A program made the translations under genes and the position numbers. 64,000 nucleotides of DNA, taken from the NCBI GenBank assembly GCA_905178155.1, contig CAJINV010000005.1, forward strand, positions 7,057,751-7,121,750. Reading direction: 5' to 3'. How positions within the stretch are numbered: position 1 is the first letter of the stretch; every line of letters begins with the position of its first letter. This DNA comes from Amoebophrya sp. A120 (lineage: Eukaryota > Protista > Dinoflagellata). The notes beneath the pieces are model-generated. The model worked only from the letters and a program-made list of their open reading frames with translations. It had not been told where the DNA came from and did not search any database. Positions 24,701 to 36,700 of the stretch are shown in pieces.

Positions 24701-27700
24701 CAACGAGGACAAGGACGGGCAGGACCAGGATAATTACAGTGCAGCAGGACCACAGCACGGGAACAGCGGAGGTGGAGGCTCCTCCCAGCAAAGGGAACGC
24801 TCCTCCACTAGGCGGACTTTCGGCGGAGGGAACAACAACAGTAATCAGAACAGCAGTAACCATCAAAACAGCAACAACCCAAACAACAACTATTTCACGC
24901 TTTCCTTCGACATTACCTTCGAATACGACAATATCCCACGAAAAAACTGTTTCACTGTGATGGTTTTGCAAGATCTGCATTACAAGTTTGCTACACATGA
25001 CACAGAAAACTTGCCATGCGCGCTTCCCAAGGGAAAACACGCTTAAAAATCCATTGTGTTGCAGGTGTAGCAAGACAAACACTTTGGTGTTTTGTTCTCT
25101 GCATCACAGGTTCACAGTGAAACAGTTTTTTCGTGGGATAGACAACGATGTCTGCTTTATCGCGTACACGTATCCGTACACATATTCTTCCCTCCGCACC
25201 CTACTCCGCATATCACAGGAAAAAGTGTTAACGCTAACGCAGTTTGTGATGCAGCAACGCATCACAAAACGCGCCAGAATTTGTCATGCATAGCATGCAT
25301 ATTGGGCCACATTTGTGATGCATGACTGCCATCTGGTAAAACCGTTAACGTATAGCGCTTTTTCTTGTGATGGCGCACGATCCAAACCGACGAGCAGTAC
25401 GCGGAGAAAGCGAAATTGATGCGGAGACGACCGTATCCTGTGCAAAAGTATCGTACATGTGGTAGTAATTGCGTTTATGCATTGCAAATCTCCATCCCAA
25501 GGTAGAACAGCATGACAAACTCAATTTGTCATGCTGAGCTAATTTGTATTGCAATTGCTACTACTACGATACTTTCGCAGTTCATAGACCGCTCTGTCAA
25601 ACGCTCGGCCGGGCGGAAGTGGATTTGTTGTCCATCAGTAATTGGACCGTGCCAATTATCCAAGGAAAAAAGTGTGTAAGTTTATTACTTTTTTGCAGGA
25701 ACAGCATCACAGATTTGTTTTGCATGACAGAGAAAACCTGTTATGCGTAGCGAGTAAGCCTCTGATGCATATCCAGCATGACAAGTGTCATTGTATTGCA
25801 GCATCTGAAAGACAAAGTTACACTTACACAGTTTTTTTCTTGCATACCAAGGGAGGACAAACGGTACGTCGTCATTTCCTCTCGCGTCCACCCGGGTGAA
25901 GCGAACGCGTCGTGTATCCTGTGTAAGAACGTCCACACTGCATAGTTGTGATGCAAATCCGCCATGACAGAAGATTTGTGATGCCCATCTCCATGACAGG
26001 TATTTCCAATCGTCTTTTGACATTTGTAATGCTGTGAACAGGATGAGAAAGCGGCTTTCTCATGCGGCTTCCCTTGCTACTCAGCACTACACTGCAGGTG
26101 AAAATTTGTTATGCGCAACTACTCCTAAAACTTAGAGATTTGTGTTGCAGATTTACCAACTTGACTATGAAGTCGGGACGTTTTTTGTCAGGATATCGCG
26201 GTTGATGCACGGGTTTCTCAACTTCATCCTGTCCAACACCCCAGAAGCGCAGGTGCTGCGGTCGCACTTCATCTTCAAAATTGTGCCGATGCTGAACTTA
26301 TGCATTGCAAAAGCATCGTACTAGACCTAGTGAAAATCGCATGACAAATGTCCTCCGCATGAAGAATGGAATTTGTCATGCTGATTGACCTTGCGGATCA
26401 GATTTGTAATGCATGACTGCAATTAGTTTTAGTACGAGTGCGATACAACTTTTGCAATGCATAGAACCCCGATGGGGTGATATCTGGGAACTACCGGTGC
26501 AGTCTCGCGGGTGTGGATTTGAACCGGCAGTGGCGGTTCCCGGACCCGGTTTTGGTATGAAAGCGCACAACTGCCCCTGCCCTTCATTTGTCATGCAAAA
26601 TTCCAAAGCCACCCTTTGTCTGTTAGCACTGTTTGCACGACAGATTCCGGAATCCAAAACAGAATTACTAGAATCCGCTAGAAGGAATTAATTTGTCGTG
26701 CGAAAGTAAGCGGCATCCTTGCCAGCGCTTGTGTAATACTGTTCATGCAACACAAATGAGGCGGGGGAGGGGGAGTTGTGCATTCTCATACGTGGATCAA
26801 TCTGTCTACGAGTTGAAGCGAATCCTGCAGAAGTTGAAAAAGCAGCTGGTCCTGTACTTGGACTTGCACGGGCACAGCAGGCAGACGAATTTGTTTGCGT
26901 ACGGGTGCTCCACCTACCCCTCGACGGATCACCGGTTCTACACGGTTCGGATGTATCCGAAAATTTTGTCGGTCCTAGCGCCGGAATTCTCGTACCAAAA
27001 CTGTTGCTTTGGCCACGGCGGGAACCAGAAGCGGGGCACAGGCCGAGTGGTAGTAGCGCGAGACATTGGGCTAGTGGAGGCGTTTACCATAGAAGCGTCG
27101 TTTTTCGGGGCAATCAGCACGGTCGGGGAGGAGGAAGTAGCGGCCGCAAATAGCGGTGCTGGTGGAAAGAATGGTGCTGGGAACAAGGCGATGGCGTCGA
27201 GCTCGGATGGTACAGGTTGAAAACGTTTCCGTTTGTTTTTTTTTTTTCGTAGCTGCCATTCAGTGACGTGCATGACTGGTTCCACCCGCTACAACGCATG
27301 AAGAAATAGCACGGATGAAGAAAATTTTTGATTGCAAACTGTCCAAGATGAACAAGGCAGCTCAAGGCGTCATGAACTAAAATCTAACAGACGAAGCCAC
27401 CGCGGCTAAAAATCAAGAAAACGACGACGGGGGGTCGGACGGCGGGAAAGGTTCTGACGCGGAAGACGAAGACGAGGATCAGATTCTGGATGAAAAGCAG
27501 CAAAAGGAGCAGAAAAAGAAAAAAATGCTGATCCAGCAGAAGATTATCCCATTCACACCCCACAAACTCTCCACTCTCGGCGCAACCTTGGCAAGGGGGT
27601 TGCTGATCCACTTCCACCTAGCGAGGGAAGTGAACAACTACCAATTAAACAAGTCCACTTTCCGCTCGAGCATCGGGGGTGCCGCGGGGAACAATAACCA

Positions 27701-30700
27701 GAAAAAAGACAACGCGGAAAAGAACTCACCCTCGAAAAAGAAAAAGTCGATTCAGAACGGCGCGCCTTCTGGGTCCCCTTCGGATGATGTGACAGAGGTG
27801 GAAGTGGAGGAGGGGATGGCGGGGGGTAAAGGCGGCGGTTCGCCGAGTAAGGAAAAGAAAAAGAAGAAATCGTCGAGTCCGAAGAAGAGTGCGAGTAGTG
27901 CGGGGCTGAAGGTAGAGTGATGGATGTTTGTTTTGGTCTTTCGGACGTCATTATGCTTGTGCGCTAGCATTCCCGTGCTGGAAATTTTGCATGAGAAAGA
28001 ACTTTTCCAAGTTCTGTCGTCTTGTCATGTAAATAAATCTTTCCCGCCCTTTACACTCTCACTCTTCACACATTAGGCTGCCGCCTCCGCTGGTGACCTG
28101 AACATGAATTACTCCCCATCCAAATCCGGCTCGCCTTCGAAAACTAAATCCTCGCCAAGCAAGAAGAAAACAAAAGCGAAAAAGAAGAAGAAAAAATCCT
28201 CCTCCACAACAAATTTGAACGGCGACAACGAGGATGCCGAAGGGGAGGAGGAGGACGTCGACGGAGGAAACGAGAACGGCGAGCAGTCCGGTGAGGAAGA
28301 GAACGAAAATGAACCGGATAACGACCCCGCGAACCCCGAAGAGGAACAAGAAGCGGATGTTGAGGAAAATGATGAAGATCTTCTATCCCCTAAGAAGCCA
28401 AAAGTACCAAACCCGGACGATCTCGACGATCCCGACACGGCTGAACCAGACGAGGACGATCTCGATGAAGTTTTTCTATTGGAAGAGGACAACTGCATAG
28501 AAAATGAAAACCTGTCCGACGAACAGAAGAAAAAAATCCATGGCATAACTTCCGGGGAAGGAACCAGCTCCAGTGAAACGGAGTGCTTTACCAATTCCGA
28601 TCAGGACCAAAACAAGGCTGCAAAAAGTATAACGGGTAGTACTACGACGAGTCCGTCGAAAGAGAAGGAGCAAGGGTCTACTAGTTCCACAGTCGCTGGT
28701 ACTTCTAGCCCATCAAAGGAAAAGTCCGTGACATTAATGCCAACAAGTCCGAAGCGGAATAAGGAAAGCAGCGCCAAAAACCACTCAGAACATCAAGCAA
28801 ACATGGCCCTGCTGCACGCGAATCGAAATATTATTCCGAGCGACGGGTTGGAAAACGAAGTATCCACTGCAAATATGTCTCGGTCTAAGGAAACTTGTAA
28901 TGCTAGTTTGTGAATCATGGGCGTGCAACTCGCTTGCGTAGCCACGCGTGACAAGTTTCTGGACACCTTTATGCTTCGCTTTCCGCATGGCAAGCTGCAC
29001 TTTCGCATGACAGGCAAACGGCTTTATTTTTCGTCCTGCCCACGCATTACAGATTCAGCTGTCATGTGAGACAAGCATGACAAACTTGCACTCTTCCAGA
29101 CTCAGACATATTTGCAACCCATACGAAGCCATCCCGGACGACATCCGGCTTTTCGACTTTATTCCCTGAAAATTAACCATCCCCATCCAATTTGTCATGC
29201 AAAACATGTAGCAAAGTGTGTGTTTGTCATGCAAAAACTGGACGGGGATGGTTAATTTTCAGGGAATAGACTTCTTAACCATAGAGCGCGAACAGCAGTG
29301 GCTCGCGCAGCAGCGGGGGGAAACGATCGCGAACACGAAGGCGTTATGGATTGCAAGTATGTCTAGGTCTGGAAAGTTGTGATGCTAGTTTGCGAATCAG
29401 AAACAATCCCCAATTTGGGGAAGCACATGACAAGTTTCTGAGCAGCTAGGTCTTGCGTAAACTGCATGAGAAAGTCCGTTTTTGCATTACAAAAAAATGA
29501 CGCGGTAGCGCAATATGCATGACAGATCTTTCTCTCCTGTCAGCAGAGCATTACAGATCTGGCAATCTCCCAGACCCAGACATTTTTGCATTTGATAGGC
29601 GTTTATGACGGCGAAGGGACTGAGTAGCTCTTTGGCGCTGGGCTTGTTCCCGACGAAAAAATCGCTGTTATTGGCAAGTAGCAGTAAAACCTTGGAGAAC
29701 TCGGCGGAAAATGCAAACGAAAAAGAGCCAACCGAGAATGCAGATAACGGAACCAAACCAGCCACTACTACAGCAGTAGCAGATAGTTCATCCAAACCGC
29801 CTAAACCACTGCTATCCCGCTCCTCCACTTTAGAAACCACGGCTTCCGGCACAACAAATTCTGACCCACTGCAGGCGTTATGAACTGCAAAAGTATCGCA
29901 CTCGTATAAATGCATGACAAATTCCCTCAGCATGAGAAACGAAATGCGTAATGCGGATTTACCTTGAGAAAGAAATTTGTAATGCATGACTGCAACACGA
30001 GTTTGATTCTTTTGCACAGGATAGGCTTCATCCTCCAGCAAAACGTCCGAAGATAAGGACACGACGGCCCAAGATACCCTGTGTAAAAACGTCCCCACCC
30101 CATAGTTGTCATGCAGACTTGTGATTACAGGAAACTTTGTACTGCGCATCTCCATGAGAGGCAGTTCAGTCGCGTTTTGGAATTTGTAATGCTGTAAACA
30201 GGATAAAGAGATGGGTTTGTGATGCGGTTACTCGTGCTAACATGCACTACACTACGGACTGCAACTTTTCATGCGTGGCTCCCAAAACTCTTTGATTTGC
30301 GTTGCTAAGTTCCCATCTTGACTCGGGTGGGGACGTTTTTACATGGGATACAAGAAGTGGACAAGAACAACAAGAATCTGATGCAAAACATCTCCGTGGA
30401 GCAATTAATGAAAGAGATTCAGGTCGAGTCGCAACAGCAAGCGGAGGCGAAGAAGCAGAAAAAGCGGGAAAAAGATTTGCCCCCAGACCCAAGTGACGAG
30501 TTAGACGAGGGAAGTGATTCGAACCCCTCGGGGGATAACTTATCTCCCGAAAAATTAAGGAAAATGCGGGAGAAGATGGGCTCGCGCGGGGAGGGACGGA
30601 GCAACAGCAGCTCGCCCAACAAAATTAAACGGACATCAACTGGCAATCGAGGGAACGGTAGTAGCAGCTTCAACCGCGGCGGGCATTTTCACGGGATCAT

Positions 30701-33700
30701 GCGGCACTATCTGCAGGTCTATCCCACGAAAAAAGAAAAACTGTTTCACTGTGATGATTTTGCAATATCTGCATCACAAGTTTGTTACACATGACACAGA
30801 AAATTTGCCATGCGCGCTTCCCAAGGGAAGACACGCTGAAAAATCCAATGTCTTGCAGGTGTAGCAAGACAAATCGTTCTGTGCTCCATTCTTTGCATCA
30901 CAAGTTCACAGTGAAACAGTTTTTTCTTGCGATAAGGTCCGGAATTTGTTCAATGCGAAGGAAGATTTGGCCTTGAGACAGCAGAAAATGTCTTTACTAA
31001 ACCGCATCGTCGCGTTATCCTGAGTAAAAATGTCCCTACCCCAGAGGTGTCATGCAGATTTGCGATGACAGGAAGACTTGTAATGCGCATCTCCATGAGC
31101 ATGAGAGGCATTACCAGTCGCGTTTGAAAATTTGTAATGTTGCAAACAGGATAAGAAGATGGATTTGTGATGCGGTTTTCCGTGCTAACAATGCACTACA
31201 CTACGGACTGCAACTTGTCATCCGTGGCTCCCAAAACTTCTGGATTTGTGTTGCTACGTCCCCAACTTGCCTCTGGTGTGGGGACGTTTTTACTCAGGAT
31301 ACGCGTTCGGCCGAACCACCTACATCGCGAAGAACAGCGGGGGGGCAGCACCGGTATGGATTGTAAAAATGTCTGGGTCTGGAAGGTAGGTTGGAACTTG
31401 TCATGCTAGCTTTCCATACCTATAAAATCTGTATTGCATAACCAACAAAAGGCGCAGCCTCTTTTGTCATGCAAAAACGCAGTTTCTCATGCGGATTGCC
31501 TATGAGAAAGCGTTTTGGGAAGTTGGCATGCCGGACTGCATTCGGCAGTGTTTTCATCGTGCACATTTTAGCATCACAAGTTTCCAGACCCAGACATTTT
31601 TGCACTTGATAACCGGGTGGAACAAACAACTCCCCGCTGACTGGCGTGCTCGGGACTTCTATGGATTGCAAAAGTGTCTGGGTCTGAAAGGTTGGAACTT
31701 GTGATGCTAACTTTGGACTCTAAAAAATTCTGTATTGCATGACCAGCAAGAGGAGTCCGATTTGTGCTACGCGTGGAGGGCATTTGTCATACGGAATAGG
31801 CATCAGGAAGTCCTCTAAAAATCTGTGATGCTAGGGCTTCCATGACGGACATTCTGTGTCATGCAAAAACAGCATAACAAATTTCGGATTCTACTTCCAG
31901 ACCCAGACATCTTTGCATTTCATAGCTTCTGTGTCCATGCCGTCTTTGTTGAGTCAAACGGGGGGTCCGTTTGGCGGAGCAGGAGGTTCCACGCACGGCG
32001 TCGAGGAGCTTGTGGATTTTATGCATTGCAAATATGTCTGGGTCGTCTGGAAGATTGTGAGATTTCTCATGCTAGTTTGGCATGACTCTGAACTCTGTAT
32101 TGCGTGGCCACGAAGACCTTCTCTTGTCTGTCATGCAAAAACGATGTTTCTCATGCGGAATACGCAACACAGAGCCACGGGAAAATCTGTCATGCTTGGC
32201 GGTGCATTAGCACGTGCGCTTCCTGTTCACTGACATGCATCACAAGTTTCCAGACCCAGACATAATTTTTGCACTTGATAGGTTTATTCAACGAACATAA
32301 CATCACGGCGGATGACCTTGCGCAGGCGGGGCGGGTGAACGGCGGCAGCAACAGTCCACTCTTACAATCCAAAATTAACAGCCTGATTCAATTATGCAAT
32401 GCAAAAGCATCGTATTCTAGTGTGAATTGCATTACAAATAGTTTCCTCAGCATGACACACGCAGTTTGTAATGCTGTTTTACCTTAAGAGGAAGATTTGT
32501 CATGCTTATTTGCAATTAGTACGAGTGCGATGCTTTTGCATAGGATATCAATCCCACGAGCACCAGTCGTTGGCTGCTACCGCGGGGGACTTTTTCCGAA
32601 GGGACAATATTCTGGGTTAAAACGTCGCCACCCCAGAGTTGTCATGCAGATTTGCATCCAGAGAAACATTTGTGATGCGGGACTCCATGAGAGGCATTTC
32701 TAGTTGTGTTCTGGAATTTGTAATGCTGGAAACGGGATGAGCAGATGGATTTGTCGTGATGCGGCTGTCTTTCTTGCGGACCGGCACTACACTACGCACT
32801 GCATCTTGTCATGCGTGGCTCCCAGAACTTCTAGATTTGTGTTGCTAAGTTCCCACCTTGACTTCTGGGGCGGGTACGTTTTTAAACAGGATAGACAACG
32901 GTACGGATTTATCCAATGCGTTGGCCGGCGCAGCTGTGGTGGCAGAAGGAGCTGGTGTTGGTCTGAACAACAATAATCCCGGCACGACGGCGGCAGGAGG
33001 TCTTGCGAACGCTAGTAACTCCTCCCCGATAATCGTCCAGCCTGCAGCGGAGACTGGTTCGAGGTGGAATTTTATGAACTGCAAAAGTATCGCACTCGTA
33101 TAAATGCATTACAAATTTCCTCAGCGTGAGAAATAAAATTTGTAGTGCGGATCGACCTTAGAAAGAAGATTTGTAATGCATGACTGCAATACGAGTGCGA
33201 TGCTTTTGCACACGATAAATTTGCCCCAGATGGGAGGTGGAGCTAACGGAACGAGCAGAAGATCATCCTCCGGCGCGATCAAAACCTCGAGCAATTACGG
33301 CCAGAGTTATCAAATGCAAATATTCTGGGTCTGGAAACTTGTAATGCTGGGTTGGGAATAGCGATAGTGAATGCCCTGTAATGCACAGCCAAGCATGAGA
33401 AATATCTGCGCTGCTTAGTGTTGCGCTTTTCGCATGATATGCACGACAAGCAAAGGAGTGTCTCTTCTTGGACACGCATCGCAAATCCTTCAGTCATGCC
33501 AGACAAGCATGACAAACCTTGCATCCTTCCAGACCCAGACACATTTGCAAAGCATAAGAGCCCGAAAAAAACGAAGAAAAGGAAAAAATGGGTCTCGCCG
33601 GTGATTGAAACCGCGATGAAGTTTTTGCACAACACGACAGGGGATGGTGGGGATGCTGACGGGCTGAATGTTGGCGATAATAACAGGGATCCTCATGACA

Positions 33701-36700
33701 AGGCAGGAGCAACTGGGACAAACAACAAAGATAGGGATAGCCAGAACAATGGGTCGTTACTTGTGAGCAAAATGAATGCCGCCCCCGGTGGTAGTTCTAC
33801 TACGAATAACACATCAGCAGCAGCAGAGGTCGCACCTCTGGGGCAGAAAAAGGAAGATCTGCTTGAAGCACTTCTGGAACAGGCCAACCGCGGGCCGGGA
33901 ATGCCGGTGAATCTGAATGCAACTGGGGCACCACCGGCAGCAACTTCATCAAATAACGCAGGGGCGCCGGGGGCCACTACAACCACTTCTTCGAGCAAAT
34001 CAGCTGCTGCGTCGAACGCGCTCGCGGTAGCCAACGGCATTGTGGAACAGCTGGACGGGTTGCTGAGTGTGTTTAGTCTGAAGGAAAATAACCAGAACAT
34101 CAGGGGAACAACTACGTCTGCTGACGACAACAACATCAATACAACAACTTCAGCGACCACTGCTGCAGAAGACGAGCAAAGTGCAGCAGTAGAAGTAGCC
34201 AAGAAATCGCCAGACACGACGACCTCCGCAACATCCGCCTCTGCAGGAGCGTCAACCTACGAAAACTACCTGAAACAGGCCCCGACGACTGTCCAAATTG
34301 TCAATGTAGAGTTCCCATTTGCGCAGCAAGCACCGGCGGTCAATGTCGCGGCCGCGACGGGGGGGAGTAGCATTGCAGTGTCGAATTTTAATAGCGGTAA
34401 TCATGTGCCAACAGCTAGTCTTCACACGACAACTTCGAAAGTAAGATCCTCGTCCAAAAGCACATCGCCCGAAGACAACACTGTTACAACATCAAGAAAA
34501 ACAAGCAAGAACAAGCAATCCGTCGACCAGGCAATCGACATGGCGAACAAGATCGCGAGGGATTTGTTGCTAGAGACGAATACGTATCAAATGCAAATAT
34601 GTTTGTGTCCTCCGGAAATTTGTGATGCTAAAATGCGACTTTGAAAAGGCCTTTGGAATTTATTCCCATACATAAATACACATTTACAAGCGCTTAAGTA
34701 GCAATACTAAGTTTTCCGATTTAGCTTTTCCTTCAAGTTTACGTTACGAGGTAGCTTAGCATATACTGGTTTTAGTAGGCCTCTGAACAGCAAAGGGACG
34801 AACTGCCCGTAGACCTCCGATGTGATGCTAAAATGCGACTGGTGGGCGCACTGCAATACGCAGTGAAGCATGGCAAATTTTTGAGCTGCTCTTGTGTTTC
34901 GTTTTCCGCATGACAAACTGCGTTTCTGCATGACAGACAAGAGGCCTTTTTCTTGCTCCTGCATTACAGATTTATCAGTCATGCCAGACAAGCATGACAA
35001 ACTTGCATTCTTCCAGAAGACCCCGACATATTTGCACTTGATAATACGAGCAGCAACTCAGCGAACAACTCCGTCGCGGAACAACAGCAGTCCTCGGTGT
35101 CTTTATCTCTTTCCGGTGTCGTGGAGCAGGTGATCTGTGAACAGGAAACATCGGGCGCAATTAGCGGCACTACAGGTGGTAGTTCGAACGCCAGCTCGAA
35201 ACGAGTTACGCCGCAGAATGCCGCTGGACCGCAAAACCTCTCCACGTCTGGCACAACCACGGTCGTGTCTAGTACCGGTGGGCTGCAGCAACATGCAACA
35301 ACAGTAAACGGAACCAAACCTCCCGCCAGTAGATCCCTCAGTCTGACGTCTCTCGTCTCTGGCGCTGGCGGTCCGCCCGGAGGTCCTAGTACTAGCTCGT
35401 CGAACAGTAACTCTCAGCACGAGCAGCAGCAATTAGAAGCTTCAACCCACCACCAGTCTTGGTATGCGAAGTCTTCCGCGCCACTAATCGAGCAGCGGGA
35501 AAGGGCGGCGCAAATGCAAGCCAATTTGAATCACCACCAACGAGAGGCTTTAGGAGGTAGCACAGGAACAGGTGGATACTACACGCAAAGTTCCAGCGCT
35601 TTGACCAATTTGACGAGTAGCAAGATAGTACACAGTGCTAGTACTTCCTTGAACGATCTTCATCATAGTAGTATGTAGTGAGGTCACCGAACGGTTCTAA
35701 CCGGGGAGTTTTTTTGCCAGCCAGACAGCAAAACGGCCGTCAGTTTTCAAGCGGGCGGAAGTGTTTTTTGACATAAAAAGTTTTTAATTATCAAGCGGCT
35801 CTGGCTGTGTCGGCACCGAATCGCCAGCGGATTCTATCGATCGCCGCTGGGTAAAACGACGCAGGGGAGCCGGCAAAAGGGGCGCCCTTCTGAGGCGCCC
35901 ACCGCCTTGGTTTCTGGCGGTTTGGGGCGCCCAAAAAGCAGCGCGAAAAAAACGCGCCCAAAATCAAAACGGCCGCGATTTCGGATCAGAAACAGCATGG
36001 CACGGCCGCGATTTCGGAGCATTTTGGGCGGCCGCGAAAGCGGCAGCCTTTTCGCCGGTTTCAGAGCCTGGGAAGCTTTACAAAAAGCGCCGGCGTGAAA
36101 AATAGAAACGCGAAAAAGAAAAAGCGCCCCAGACGCGCAAAGCCAATCCGCATGCTATGGGCCCGATTTTTCTTCGCTTTTTGGGCGCCCCCCGTGGCGC
36201 CCGGATCGGCTCCATAGCATGGGGGCTGGCTTTCGGGAAGGAATTTCGGAGATTTGCCAAAATTTGCGACGTTTATGGAGCGGCCGCCATACCGTGCTGC
36301 CTAACGTTACTCACGGCGGTATGGCGGCCCCAGAAACAGCAAAGCCGCGGCCAAGGCGACGCCCGGCAAGAAAACGCCCACGACCTCACTACCTCCGCCC
36401 CGGCGGCTATATTTGGCACTCACACGACGTTTATCAAATGTAAAAATGTCTGGGTCTGGATGTCATGCAGATTTTACATGACACATGACGTCTGTAATGC
36501 AGAACCTGGCATCACAGATTTTTACTGGGCTTTCTGATGTCTATCCCGCATGAGAAATACCCTCTCCATGTATCACAGACTGGAGTCCTCTTGGTGGTCA
36601 TGCAATACAGATTTTTGTATCGTGCAGAGACAGCATCAGAAGTTGCAATCTTCCAGACCCAGACGTTTTTACAGTTGATAACGTTGCGGACCATGTGGTC

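Noticed and set aside
28861-33556. CRISPR-like repeat/spacer array
   Set aside because: The repeats are inverted pairs from several families and the 'spacers' are exons of one eukaryotic gene; no cas genes
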